Shown: positions 45,241 through 58,900 of the stretch, in pieces
How the letters are laid out: each line of letters opens with the position of its first letter
Numbering within the stretch: the first letter of the stretch is position 1
Virus record (IMG/VR): IMGVR_UViG_3300021962_000117
Location: 1-59,596 of that record
Direction: 5' to 3' (one strand)
DNA from: a virus
Lineage: Duplodnaviria > Caudoviricetes
Length of the DNA: 59,596 bases
The notes under the pieces: generated by a model
Seen by the model: the letters and a program-made list of their open reading frames with translations, nothing else
Told to the model about the DNA's origin: nothing
The model's database searches: none
Translations under genes and position numbers: made by a program

Positions 45241-47249
45241 GAATAGCAAAGAGTCTCCAAACAAGTTTAGAATTAAATGGACCCATTATTTCATGGGTCA
45301 CTCACCCATCATCAGTATCGGGAGCAGATGGCACAAGTCTTACTTTTACTGGACTAGCCACTGCTACCTTTCCAGTTCAAGATCCACCTATAGTAGCTGC
45401 TAATGATGGATACTTATCTTATAGATGGTATGAAGTTGGAATTGGTTCTTTAACTGACGGAGGAAGAATTAGTGGGGCTGGAACTACCATCCTCACTATT
45501 TCCAATCTTGATTCTCCTGGAGATTCTGGAAGACAATTTTATCTCACGGCGGACTATGCTCCGTCTGCATATTCTCAACCAGTTGGTTCTGCAGTCACAG
45601 TTGGTACTGCAAGATCAACTGGTAATGCTTTAAATGAAAATTATCATTCCAATATTGCGACGATAACGGTTTTCCCCGAAATTCAAATTACAGGACAACC
45701 CTCACCATTAAGTATTGCTCAAGGTCTTACTGGAATATTTAATGTTACAGCATCTCTTACAGATTCTTCTCAAGGAGCAGAATCTTATAGATGGCAAATA
45801 AACCAAACTGATATTTCCGATGGAACTATCAACCATGGAGATGGAAAGACTACAGTAATCTCTGGATCTGGAACAAACAGACTTGTAATAGTATCCGACT
45901 ATATTTCTGAAAGAAGAGTTCGATGTAAGGTAACTCATCCATTATCAGGAAATAGTCCACAATATAGTAGCAATGTTCGTTATGATGTTGTAAGTGCAAG
46001 ACAAATTGTAAACTTCGAATACATCAATCAAGGATCTGCTGTTTTAAATGGAACTGATTCCATTAATTTTTTTGATACTGATCAACACGTACTTGATGCT
46101 AACAATCCTGCCATTACAGGTATTGTTAGATTTTATGCACCAGAGAGAGATGTTAGAATAATTATGCATCTATATGCAGCAAAAGGGTATAGTGCTAATG
46201 GTTATTCCGGTGGAGAAGGAGGATATTCTAAAATTAGATTCACTATTAAACAGGGCGAAGAATATATTTTAAATAATATTCCACAGGCTAATAGTAGTGG
46301 TTCTATTTTCTTGTATCATAAGCAAAGTTTACTTGCTGTTTCTGCTGCAGGAGGAAGTGCTGGAAGTTCTGGAAACGGAGGTCCTGGTGGAGGAGTAGGT
46401 GTTGCTGGTGGAGCTGGTTCTGGTCCTGGTGGTGGAAGTGGTGGAGTCTTATGGCAAGCAGGAACTTTACCTTTCCCAGGAATTTTTGGATCTAGCGCAG
46501 ACTTTTTTAATCAACCAGGATTTTTGCTTGATGGAGATACTATTGCAAATGCTCCTGCTGGTGGTAGAATTATTCCTTGTCCTAGAGGAGGATATTATAG
46601 AAGAGCTGGATATGCACCTTGTCAAGAAGTAGGTAATCGAATTTTTTATAATCCTGAGGGAGTTCCTACTAATGGAACCGCAGAACTTTCTTCCGGTTTT
46701 AAAGCTGGATACGGAATCAGAAACACTGCAGGAAAAGGAATTAATAATGGAGGAGTTGGTGGCAATGGAGCCACTGGTGGAGCTGGTGGAAACGGCGGCG
46801 GTGGCGGTGGCGGTGGATCAGGATATAATTCTGGAGGAGTCGAAGTTCTGGAAGCAACTCAAGGTGGAAACACTGGTATTGCTAAAGTTATTTTTGAACT
46901 TGGGGACGAAAGATTCATTGAAGAAGATGTGACGTTTACTGCTGCTCTCGAAAGTGGACCAGATCATTTTATAACATTTACATTGCAAAGTGGCGAAGGT
47001 CCAGCAACTATGAAATTCGGTGCTTCTTCTTTTGGAGGAGAATTGGGGAATGTTGTAAAACAGATAAGACGAGGATCTATCTATAAAGTAACAGATCAAT
47101 CTGGTTCATTAAGAATGAATGGAGCACAGTTGGGATTAGAAGATTTTAGTTCTGATGATGTACTTAATAACTATGATGATTTGACTATAACTGTAGATAA
47201 AGGAAATATTCTCGAAAGAGATGGAGGATTCTGGTACGAGTTTTTCTGA
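45237..47249 (+). CDS. Ig-like and glycine-rich tail-fibre/adhesin protein
   Basis: Two Ig-like repeats (SYRW...LTISNL; ITGQP...SYRWQ...RCKV) followed by Gly-rich motifs. Confidence 0.75.
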   Translation: MRIAKSLQTSLELNGPIISWVTHPSSVSGADGTSLTFTGLATATFPVQDPPIVAANDGYLSYRWYEVGIGSLTDGGRISGAGTTILTISNLDSPGDSGRQFYLTADYAPSAYSQPVGSAVTVGTARSTGNALNENYHSNIATITVFPEIQITGQPSPLSIAQGLTGIFNVTASLTDSSQGAESYRWQINQTDISDGTINHGDGKTTVISGSGTNRLVIVSDYISERRVRCKVTHPLSGNSPQYSSNVRYDVVSARQIVNFEYINQGSAVLNGTDSINFFDTDQHVLDANNPAITGIVRFYAPERDVRIIMHLYAAKGYSANGYSGGEGGYSKIRFTIKQGEEYILNNIPQANSSGSIFLYHKQSLLAVSAAGGSAGSSGNGGPGGGVGVAGGAGSGPGGGSGGVLWQAGTLPFPGIFGSSADFFNQPGFLLDGDTIANAPAGGRIIPCPRGGYYRRAGYAPCQEVGNRIFYNPEGVPTNGTAELSSGFKAGYGIRNTAGKGINNGGVGGNGATGGAGGNGGGGGGGGSGYNSGGVEVLEATQGGNTGIAKVIFELGDERFIEEDVTFTAALESGPDHFITFTLQSGEGPATMKFGASSFGGELGNVVKQIRRGSIYKVTDQSGSLRMNGAQLGLEDFSSDDVLNNYDDLTITVDKGNILERDGGFWYEFF

Positions 47250-47291
47250 CGATAAATAAAATATAAACATAGGGGTGGAGAGTGAAACCCA

Positions 47292-48977
47292 ATGGCAATC
47301 AATAAGAATTTTGTCGTCAAGAACGGTTTAGAAGTAAACAATACTTTACTTGTTGCCGACTCAGCAAATAATAAAGTTGGTATCGGTAGTACGATTCCTG
47401 CCTTTGAATTGGATGTCATTGGCGGTATCGGTGCTACCGATATTATTATTTCCGGTTTAGCAACAGTAACTACAGAACTGAATGTTGGTACTAATGGTTC
47501 AGTTCTTACTGTTCTTGGAATTGGCGGATCTGTTGGTGTTGGAACTGCTCTACCAGCATATCTCTTAGATGTCAGAGGAACTGGGGCAGGAACAACTTCG
47601 CTTTATGTTCAAGGTGATGCGGATATTAGCGAAAGACTCTATGCTAAGAGTATAGAAGTTATCGATTTAACCGTAACTGGAGTAGGAACAATTCCTACTA
47701 TCGACGTTACTGCTGCAACAATCGACAATCTTCAAGGAACTAACCTAAGTTTTAGTGGAATTGCTACAGTCTCTCAAGACTTATATGTCAGCAGAAATGT
47801 AAACATCACTGGCATAACCACACTTCAAGATAATTTATTTGCGACTAACCTCCAGATTGATAACGTTACCGTATCTGGAATCACTACAACAAATACTATA
47901 AGTATTGGGTCTACTCAAATTGTATCCAATGAGAGACAACTTCAAAATATTGCTTCTCTTGATGCAACAACCACCGCGACAATAGAAGCAGCAGTAGCTA
48001 ATGCTCCTAATACTCAAACAGATCTAAATGTAACCGGTATTACTACTTTAGGTGATGATACTTCTATTGGTGGAAATCTGAGTGTAACTGGATTCAGCAC
48101 GATTAGTGGTTATCTTGACATCAACAATAGTGCAGATATTAGCGGAGACCTAAGCGTATCTGGAGTAGTCACTGCTACGGCTTTTGTTGGAGATGGATCT
48201 CAACTTACTGGTGGTGGAATCGGAATCCAATCAACAGGATTTTCTGTTGGATATGGAATTACGACTCTTAATTTTAGAGGATCTGCGGTTTCTACCGTAG
48301 AATCAAATGAAGTTCTTGGCATTACAACAATTACTCTTGTTGGCGGAAGCGGCGGTGGTGGAGCTGCTGGCGATGATGGTCAAATTCAATATGCCACTAG
48401 CGGAAGTCTTGATGCTTCACCAGATTTGGTATTTGATGGAGGAACAATCAACATCAAGGGAACTGATGTTGGTATTGGTTCAACCGCTATCTATGCATTA
48501 AATACAGGAGCACAATTCTTTACTGTAGACACTTCCGATGTTGGAATTAAGACTGCAAGTATCGGCATCGGCACAACTGCTCCATTATACAAACTGCATG
48601 TTGTTGGTGGAGGAACTTCTCTCGGTGGAGATGTCTTCATCAACGAAGATGTTGTAATAGGCGGAAATACAAATATTACTGGAGTATGCACAGCACAAGA
48701 TTTTGATTCTCTTTCTGACGTAAACTATAAGACAAATATAGAAACAGTATCAGGTGCATTAACTAAGATAGAACAGATGCGTGGAGTTCGATTTGATTGG
48801 AAAGACTCCGGTCAACCATCTTTCGGTGTTGTTGCACAAGAACTTGAACAGGTTCTTCCGGAACTGGTCAGAGGAAGTGATCCAAGAACCGTAAATTATA
48901 ATGGCATTATAGGTGTTTTGATTGAGGCTATTAAAGAACTTAGTGAGGAAGTCCGTACTTTGAAAGGTGAAAATTGA
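47292..48977 (+). CDS. Tail fibre with C-terminal intramolecular chaperone (peptidase S74)
   Basis: NKNFVVKNGL N-terminus, VGIGT/SGITT repeats, SDVNYKTNI...GVRFDW...GVVAQE...VNYNG...EAIKEL. Confidence 0.9.
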   Translation: MAINKNFVVKNGLEVNNTLLVADSANNKVGIGSTIPAFELDVIGGIGATDIIISGLATVTTELNVGTNGSVLTVLGIGGSVGVGTALPAYLLDVRGTGAGTTSLYVQGDADISERLYAKSIEVIDLTVTGVGTIPTIDVTAATIDNLQGTNLSFSGIATVSQDLYVSRNVNITGITTLQDNLFATNLQIDNVTVSGITTTNTISIGSTQIVSNERQLQNIASLDATTTATIEAAVANAPNTQTDLNVTGITTLGDDTSIGGNLSVTGFSTISGYLDINNSADISGDLSVSGVVTATAFVGDGSQLTGGGIGIQSTGFSVGYGITTLNFRGSAVSTVESNEVLGITTITLVGGSGGGGAAGDDGQIQYATSGSLDASPDLVFDGGTINIKGTDVGIGSTAIYALNTGAQFFTVDTSDVGIKTASIGIGTTAPLYKLHVVGGGTSLGGDVFINEDVVIGGNTNITGVCTAQDFDSLSDVNYKTNIETVSGALTKIEQMRGVRFDWKDSGQPSFGVVAQELEQVLPELVRGSDPRTVNYNGIIGVLIEAIKELSEEVRTLKGEN

Positions 48978-49018
48978 TAAATAAATTTATCTAACCCTAG
49001 CCGAGTGGTAACACGAAG

Positions 49019-49453
49019 ATGGCAATCAAAGTCTCAGGAACAACTGTTATTGATGACAGTAGGAGTATTATAAATGTTGGTGTGGCGACTGTTGGTCTGC
49101 TCACAGCAACAAGTACTCAGACCGAAAACTTAAATGCGAGTGGTATAACAACCATCGCTAACTTAAATTCTACCTCTTCGTCTTCTACGAATTTAAATGT
49201 TAGCGGTATTTCGACGCTTGGAATTGCCCAAGCAACTTCTTATACTGGAGATGGATCACAACTTTCCGGAATTAATGTCGGTGTTACTTCAGAAGGATCT
49301 CTGATTGGTTATGGATTTACCACAATTAACTTTGTTGGTACAAGTAACAGTATCAGAGCAGAAGGCACTACCGTCCACGTTAAAATTTCCGGTGGCGGTG
49401 GTGGTGGCGGCTCACCAGCACAGTCTTTCGTTTACGCATCAATCTTCGGTTGA
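49019..49453 (+). CDS. Short fibre-like protein
   Basis: MAIKVSGTTVIDDSR, SGITT repeats, GDGSQL; ATAAATA at 48977. Confidence 0.8.
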   Translation: MAIKVSGTTVIDDSRSIINVGVATVGLLTATSTQTENLNASGITTIANLNSTSSSSTNLNVSGISTLGIAQATSYTGDGSQLSGINVGVTSEGSLIGYGFTTINFVGTSNSIRAEGTTVHVKISGGGGGGGSPAQSFVYASIFG

Positions 49454-49489
49454 TCTCATATAAATTAATAAACAGGAGTTTCTACAAAA

Positions 49490-49861
49490 ATGGCTGCACC
49501 AAATTTAGCTAACACATCAAACATTCTTGCAAGACAGACCGCAGTTGGTCTCAATACTACTGCTTATGTTGGAGTTGTAACCAACACTGCAGACTCGGGC
49601 AAGGTTTTAAGAGTAGACAATATCAGAATTACCAACGTACAAGGGACATATGCAACTAACGTAACCGTTGGTTGGTCTACTGTTGGTGCTGCAACAACAT
49701 ATAGAGTTGCATCCACAATGCCAGTTCCAGCGGATTCTGCTCTGATCGTCGTAGACAAAGACAGCGGACTTTACTTAGAAGAAAATCAGAATATCATCGT
49801 AAAGGCAGATAACGCCGATTACTTAGAAGTTCTTGTTAAGTATGAAGAACTTAGCGCATAA
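49490..49861 (+). CDS. Small virion protein
   Basis: RBS aggag; MAAPNL...VPADSAL...LYLEE...YEE. Confidence 0.8.
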   Translation: MAAPNLANTSNILARQTAVGLNTTAYVGVVTNTADSGKVLRVDNIRITNVQGTYATNVTVGWSTVGAATTYRVASTMPVPADSALIVVDKDSGLYLEENQNIIVKADNADYLEVLVKYEELSA

Positions 49862-49916
49862 TAGAAAACAATTATAAAAAACAACACTTTCGTATAAGGT
49901 ACCAAAGGAGACGAAG

Positions 49917-52900
49917 ATGAGCGCACCTCAAGGCGGTTATATTGGAAACACACCCCAAAATTGGGAACCAGGCAAAAGACCTGGTGTGTGGAAAGCTAAG
50001 GATATTCAGGCACTCCAAAAAGAGGGAGAGTTAACTCGTACAGCTTGGAGTTTAAAATCTGCCAAATATCGACCACCGTTCAAGTCATTTGATGTAAAAC
50101 AATACGAAAATCAACCTACCTGCGTTATTCTCAATAGCGCAGGTACAAAAATGTATGTAGTTGGACGACAGAATGTAAAAATTCTTCAGTTCAGCCTTTC
50201 TACTGCATGGGATATTACATCTGCTACATTTGATAATGTAGACTTTGATATTAGAGATTATGAATCGTCTCCAACTGAACTTGCTATTAATGAAACTGAT
50301 GATAGAATCTTCTTCGTTGGTACCGAAAGAGGAAATCTCTATCAAATCGATCTGACCACTGCTAGTGATCTTTCTACAGGAACTATCGGAAGTTTTGCTC
50401 CTTTACAAAGTGCAGTTCCCGATATCGATGGAATTTACTTCAGTTCTGGTGGCGGAAGCCTTTTCGTAGTATCTAGAACTGATGATAGCATCACCACATT
50501 CACTTTATCTACTGGATTTGATGTAACAACAATTACAAACAAATTCCAATCAACTTCAAAGAAAACTGTAGGTCTTTCCACAAACCTCGTCCTGGATCCA
50601 ATCACCCGTATGCGTGCCACCTTGAACGGTGTTACGGATATTGGTACTCCACATGGACAGGGTGACTGGAATGATGCCAGAACTACTAGTGTATGGTTTG
50701 ATCCTACAAACGTAAGACCAAAGTCCGTTTCTTTCAATGATGATGGAACCATTCTCTTCATTCTTGGTGACAATGGAGAACTGTATACTTGGTATCTTGG
50801 TACAGCATACGTTCCAAACTCCGGTTCTTTCAATAGATTCGAAACAACCAATCCACTGATTCTTGACGAAACATTAGAAAGCCCTCAGTCTCTCTTTATG
50901 AGACCTAATGGTTTCAACTTCTATATTGCAGACTCCAATGGAATTATTGCACAGTATGATCTGCCTGGAGCGTTTAACGTTGATAGACTTTCCTATAATT
51001 TTGAACGTAGACTTTATGTAGGAAACAGTCCACAGGACGTTCAAGTTTCTCCTGATGGTAAGACAATGTTTGTTCTTACCACTGATGGAAATTACAGACT
51101 CAAAATGTATAGGACTTCTCGTCCATTTGATTTTGGTACTTTGTTGACTGATCCCAGAGATTTTGTCTTCAGCTATAATGGAGAATATCTCTATATTTGC
51201 GATAACTCAAATATTTTCCGCCATGAACTTTCAACTCCTTGGGATATCAAAACCGCAACATACACAGGAAATAAGTTCAGAACAAGTGATTCTCCTTTAA
51301 GTGAAGGAAACCTTGAAGGTATCACTTGGAAAAATGATGGAACAAAATTGTGGATTTGTGGATATGGTCAAGATAGAATTTATGAGCTTGACCTTGCTAC
51401 CCCATGGGACTTAACAACAATATCATATAATCTTGTTTATCAGAGCACTACAAGCGAAGGAACACCAAGAGATATTGGCATTTCTACAGATGGTACAACT
51501 CTTTATTATGCTGGTGAAAGATATATTAGAATGTTCTATCTGACAACACCATGGACTCTTGCAGATGGAGTTAGTCAGTCAGATTACACTGTAGATACTC
51601 AAAGTCTCAGAGGTCCAGGTTATTATTATATTAGATCTGCAAAATGGTCTAGAGATGGTAAGAGAATGATCATCTCTTATGGAGATGGTAACAGTTGGAA
51701 TATAAGTGTACACCAGTACCGTACACAGTGGGCATTCCACCTAGACAATAACAGCCATGATAACCCACAAGGTCTCGCATTTAGCGAAGATGGCACATAT
51801 ATGTACACTACTGATTATGATGACCATAGAGTATTCCAGTGGCATCTTTCAGAACCTTGGGAACTAAATTCTGCTGGTTTTGTAACCTATTTCCAACTCA
51901 ACGATACAAGCAGAGAGAACCACTCTGGTCAAATTTACAATAGATATCCAAATAATCCAAGAGGAGTTGGAATCAGTAGCGATGGTGGCAAACTCTTTGT
52001 TCAGGGAAATAGCATCGTTTCTCAATTCTCACTGACAACATCTTTCTATGTTGACTCTGTTGGTGTAGGTACCACTGGATATTATTCCCAGGATGATGAC
52101 GGCGACATGAGAGATCTGTGCTTCTCCTCTGATGGTAGAAGACTGTTCATGATCGGTGAAGGATATCAGAGACTATATGAGTTCCCTCTAAAAAATCCTT
52201 ATGATATTGACCCAACAACATCATTACGACACCCTGATATTGTGGCTGTCGTTGGTATGGGCACATCCACGTCTATTTCTCCAAGTGGACAGTATGGAAC
52301 AGAAAACGATATTAACGCTTGTGCCATCAGCACCGCAGGCGATTATTTCTATATTACTGGCCTTTATAACTATTCCGTATATCGTTATTCCTTAGGAATT
52401 GCAAACAGTATTAAGTCGATGTCTCATGACTCGACATTTAAATTCTGGAATAGCTATTTGGGAGATAAAGAATATTATCCTAGAGGACTTGCATTCTCCA
52501 CAGATGGCAGAAACATGTATGTTGCTGGCAGTTATTTTGGTGGTGAAGTCAAGCAGTATAGATTAAGAAACGCATGGAGTATTTCTACTACTAGCGATCT
52601 TCAGAATCCAACCGTTTCCTTTGGTGGCACAATGCCACTTTGTCAGTTTAAGTATGAAGAGTCTCTGGATGTTGGCAAGCCTCAATATGGCAACTTTGAG
52701 TCTCAAGAACAGAACATGATTAACATCATTCAAAGAAATGATGGATATCCTCAAATTAAGGGTGTTGGATTTGGATCAACTGGACGCGAACTTTATGTAA
52801 TGGGTTGGAATGAGGGTCTTATGAGAATGTACCCTCTCAGCACTTCTAATCATGTTTATTCAGCTGGTTTCTCTTCAGAAGTAGCATACGATACTTATTA

Positions 52901-55900
52901 CTATCCTGGTGTTGGTCTTGTTACTTCATGGGGATGGAGAACTGGACAGGCTGGAGCAGGAAACTGGTATGGCGGAGATCCACAACAATGGAGAGATGGT
53001 TACAGCGAATCTGAAGCTCGCGGACTCTATGTAAGACCTGATGGTCTTAAGTTCTATATTGTTGGTTCATCTGCAGATAGAGTATATGAATATAACATCT
53101 CTACTGCAACTCCATGGAACATTGATACTCTTGGTTATCACACCATGACTGATTATGGTCGTGGAACATATAGCAATTTTGGTATTGATATCTACGGTTA
53201 TGGTAAGTCTGGTCTTGGAACTACTACTGCATATCTGGGTGCAGCAGGAATTTATGAAGCTTCTGGTATTGAATGGAAACCAGATGGATCCAAGATGTAC
53301 ATCACTGATTCCTACTCTAGATCAATTTGGCAGTTCGAAGTTGGTATTCCTTGGAATGTTGGTACTGCAAACACAGGACAGGAGACAAGATACTATAGAC
53401 GATCTGAGCAAGGTGGAGATCCAGGAAACAGCGGCGGTGTAGGATTCTCTACCGTTGGTGTGGCGAAGTCTTTCATGTTGGACCTCAATTGGAATAATAA
53501 TACTGCTGGTGGTCGAGCACTTGAATATCAACCACGATCTATGAGATTCAACCTTGACGGTACTTTAATGTACGTCATTGGTGTAGGATCCGATAGACCA
53601 TTCGTATTTGAACTGGATACTCCATGGGAAATTGACACCGCAAGATATAGAAATCAAAAACTCACCACCCAATTCCAAAGAACTAATGCTGATGGAACTG
53701 GATTCCCTGGTATTACAACTGTAGAGGGCAATCCATATGGTATGGCTTGGAGTAGAGATGGTAAGCACCTCTATATTACAGGCAATAATGGTTATGTTTA
53801 TGACTTTGAAAATGCTCTTGCATGGAACACTGATTACGAGACAGATTACAGTGTTCAGGCTGGATATGGCAACAGTATGCACTTCTTCGAAAGTGGATTT
53901 AACAGAAAAGCATTCCCATCTGGTATTACTACTGCAACAGACGTTCAGTATAATCCAGACATGGATAAGATGATTGTTGTTGGATACTCCAACTCTACTG
54001 GTTCTGAAGTCAAGCAATATGGAACTGGAACATCTCTGGGAAGAGGTGACTATCAAGGAACCTTAGCTCTTGGTCATGTAAGCACTGGACAATCATACAT
54101 ATTCCAACAGTTTACTGGATCAGACGGATCTATTCGTGGATCTGCATTCAGTACAGATGGCAAGTACTATTATCATGTTGGAAACTCTCGTGATAGAGTA
54201 TTCAGATATGAACTTCAAGTTCCTTGGAACATTAATTCGTTTATATTCGGATACGATCCAGCTCGCGTTGGTTACGGTACAACTTCTGATAGTGGAACCG
54301 TTGGTGTTACCTCCTTCTATGTTGGAAGTCAAGAAGGCAATCCATATTCCATGACTTTCAACTATGATGGAAGTAAGATGTACATTGGTGGCGCAAACCA
54401 TCGCGTATATCAATATAATTTACCACAAAATCATTATTGGGGCATTACTAGTGCCGTTTATTCGACAAATATGTATGCTGGTAGTGAAGGAACAGAGATT
54501 CAATCTATTGCATTCTCCACATCTGGTAAGAGATTGTATGTTGCCACTCACAGCAACAGCTGGGTAAGACAGTATTGGCTTGATAATGCATGGGAAGTAA
54601 ATACCAGCAATGCTGGTGGAGAGGGTAACCTCAAATTCGGTACTTTTGGAGAAAATCCAAGATCGTTTAAGTGGAATAATGATGGAACAAAACTGTTTGT
54701 ACTTAGTGATGCTAAGAAAGAAGTTATTGAGTTCAATCTGCATTATCCATATGACATCTTAAGATCTCAGGAGCATGTTTCCGCTGCAGGAACAACACCA
54801 GTTAATAATGTTGTTGGTCTTGGAACAACTGGATTTAGTGTCTCTGATGCAGATGCGACCAACCTTGGTGGACTTGCGTTTAATGCTGATGGAACCAAGA
54901 TGTATGTTGTTGGTTTTGGTTCTACTACCATTACCCAATATGGTCTGTCAACTGCATTCAACGTAAGAAGTGCTTCCTTCGAGAAGACTAAGGGTCTTTA
55001 TCCTGATGGTTTACTTCCAGAAGAAATTGGATTCAACTCCACTGGTTCCAAGATGTATATCTTGGATAGAAAGTTAGACTATCTCGTAGAATATAATCTT
55101 GGTACTAATTATGATATTGATACAGCAGATTTAGGACACGTTGGTTTTGCATCTACCGCTACATATAGCGTACTGAACTTTGATACCGTTACTGCTGGTA
55201 TTGCTCTTACGAATAATAATACCGATCTTGTACAAGTCAACTTAACATCTGGCGCAGCTAGCTGGAGTCAAAGTGCTATTGCTGCTGGTTCTAGTTTCGG
55301 TGCTCCATTCACAATGGAATATCGAGTCAGAGCAAATGGAAGTGGCGATTATCAGAAGATGGTCGGTCTTACCACCATTGGCGATCCTGCTACTTACACT
55401 GGCGGACCTGGCCAGCAAGGTACAATCTCTCATGGTTTCTATCACCAAAACCACAACAACTTAGGTGGTGGCGGAATTACCATTAGAACAAAACACCACA
55501 CAAATCCATCTCAAAGTGTTGATGCTCTTGGAAGTGGTTGGCGTGTTGGTAATGAAGATATCTTCAGAATTTCTTACGGTGTTGATGGATATGTTAGACA
55601 CTTCATCAACAAGGTAGAAGTTCAAAGAGTCTATGTTGGTGCTGGCATGTCCTACCATGTTGGTGCATACTTCGATACCAATGGTGCTCAGTTAGATGAC
55701 ATCCGCATCACTAATACTGGATTTACTACATCCTCCGATGGATATGGTAACGCATTCTACATGGGTAGATTTGAAAGTGACCCAAGAGGATTCTGCATGT
55801 CTGACAATGGTATCCACCTGAATATGGTTGGAAACCAACAGAATAGAATTTACAGATTCATTCTTGACGACGACTATAGAGTTGGTAGTGCTCTGAGTGT

Positions 55901-58900
55901 TGGTATCGATACTTACAGAGGAGTCCATTCTAATGGATATGGTTCTGTTGGCAACCTTGAAGGTACCACTCGCGCTGTTGGATTCAACACCAATGGTACT
56001 AAGGCATTCATCCTTGGAGACAGTGATAGACTCTGGCAGTTTGATTCTGCTATTAAGTATCAACCAAACAACGTACATGGTCCAGAAGGTTATTACTTTA
56101 ATACCTGGCCAGGTGACTTCGGTTCTCCATATGAAGTCAAGTTTAGACCAGATGGCAAGGTCATGTATGTATATGAAAGTGGAAACAGACTCTTTACATA
56201 TACATTAGATAGACCTTGGGATCTCACATCCGTAAATCAAGATCAAACCGATAGTAGAGCTTATAGATCTACACCATCTTCGGAGTATACATTTGATTAT
56301 GAAGTTTACACTTTTGATGTTAAGCATGACACTCAAGATACTATTTTCTTCACATCCAGATTTGGAAATGTGTATCAAATGCCAGCAAACCCACGTTGGT
56401 TGACTCCTACAGATCAACAAATTCAACACCTTGGATTTGCAAGTGAAGGTAAGATCGCATATGTAACTGGCATTCAATCTGCAGCGATTACAAGATACGA
56501 TCTTTCTACTCCATACGATATTAGAACTGCAGCAAGAAGTAATGATGGTCAGCAGTTCTATACCTATAGTGAAGTTCAAAAGAACCCACTTAAGTATAGA
56601 AAGCAAAAGTTTGATCCATTGTACAATAACAATAGCGGAAATAACGCTATTTGGAGAGAGCAAAACTATCGTAGCCTTTCATTCAACTACGATGGAACTA
56701 AGTTGTATGCTCTTGGACAAGATACTGATACTGTATTCCAGTATGATCTTTACAAGCCATATGACACAACAACAAGAGTTTCCCTTGGTGGTACTTACTA
56801 CATTGGTTATCAAGAAATTGAACCAGAAGCAGTTGACTTCAAGCCAGATGGATCGAAGATGTATATTGTTGGAACAAGTTCTGACAGAATTTTCCAATAC
56901 GATCTTGGTCAACCATGGGAAGTTGCTAGTGCCTCTTACAATGGAACTCTGACAAGAACAACTTCTCCTGCTCTTGATTATGCATATGCATCTCTGATTA
57001 CTGAGGATACAGAACCAAGAGAGTTTATCTTCAACTATAATGGAACTAAAGGTTTCATGATTGGTACACAGAGAAATACTGTTTATGAGTACAATCTGTC
57101 AACTCCATGGGATGTTGAAACTCTGGTAGCAACTGCAAATACCTTCACCGTTGTTGATTATGAAAGAGCATCACAAGGTCTCTTCTTCAAACCTGACGGT
57201 TCTGAGATGTATGTTGTTGGTTATGGTACCACTGCTACATATACCTCCGGACTCACCAGTGCAATGGTTTCCGCTGGTATTGCAACAACCATGGGCAACC
57301 GTCCTGGTAATGTATTCCAGTTCTCCCTTGCATCTAATTGGAATATTACATCTGCATCGTTTACAACTAGCTTCTACGTTGGCGATCAAGAGAATCAACC
57401 AACTCAGGTCAACTTTAGTTCTGATGGAACAAGAATGCTTATCATCGGTCAAGAAAGAGACCGTATGCAGACGTATGATCTGACAACTGCATGGCAACTT
57501 GACACTGCGGTTTATGAACCATTCAACTATAACAATTATAATGATAGTCAAGGTTCCTCTGATAACAGACCACAATCTTTTGGAATTAGTACAACAGGTA
57601 AAGACCTCTACATGGTCGAAGCGAATAATGAAAGAATCAGACAGTATGCACTTTCTTCGCCATATCAAGTAAGAAACCTTGATACAACCCCAAGAGCTTT
57701 CTACTTCAAACCAGATGGTCTCAGAGTTTACATTGTAGGTTCCTCACATGCTAGAGTATATTCATTCACTCTGACCACCGCATATGATCTGAGAACAATG
57801 ACCTTCGATGGTGGTTACTTCTATGTTAGCCCCGAATTAGGCACTCCAACTGGCATCTTCTTTGAGGATGATGGTCTTACAATGTACGTTAGTGGACATA
57901 GTGGCAGATTACATCAGTTCAACTTAAATACAGCATGGGATATCAAGAGCACCAAGAACTATAGAGAAACTGGTAGTGGAAATTATTACAACTCTATTGC
58001 TGGTATTGCTACAACATCATTCTCACTCACCAATAACCGTGGTTCATCGCCATATGGTCTTGCATTCAGCACTGATCGCTCTAGATTCTGGTGGTTAGAT
58101 GGTGCTAATAGCAACAACGCTGTATTTGAGCATTATAGACAAACAACCACAGGTATTACTAGTGCATACTGGTATGCTAATTACGATAACTATGATCAAT
58201 ATCCTCAAATTGATCGCAGAGGTTATGTTGATGGAGACGCTGACGACAGACTGTCGTTCCACATGAGACATATGTATCCAAATAGTCCAGAATTTATTGG
58301 ATTTGGATCTGAAGGTAAGATCATGTATGTCATGAACGACTCTCATGATATGATTCACCAATATCATCTCCCAACTCCATATAGATTAAACTTCTATACA
58401 GAAAGGCCATGGGATTGCGGATTCTCTACTGATGGTCAATATTTCTATGTCTTAGGTGACGACACCAAGAGAATTCATCAAATTGGTGTTGCTGGTACTG
58501 GAGATGCATATCATCTTCATGGTCATGGAAATGGAAGAGGTTACGATATTGTACACTCCACTTATGATGAAGCAGATTACCTCAATCTTGATATTGATAT
58601 TGAGAATGATTTCAGATCATTCGCCTTCAAACCTGATGGCACAAAACTTTATGCATTAGGTCATCAAAGAAAGAGACTGTATGAATACACTCTCTCTACT
58701 CCATGGAAGGTTAATACTGCTGGACTTGGAACAACAAGTTACTACATGTATTACACAGACCAAGAGGATAATCAACCTGGTGGCACTGTGCCAAACTTAG
58801 GTTCACCTTATGGTCTGAGATTCCATCCAGATGGAACCTATATGTACTGTGTTGATTGGGATAACTATAGATTCTTACAGTGGGAGTTCCAAACTCCTTG

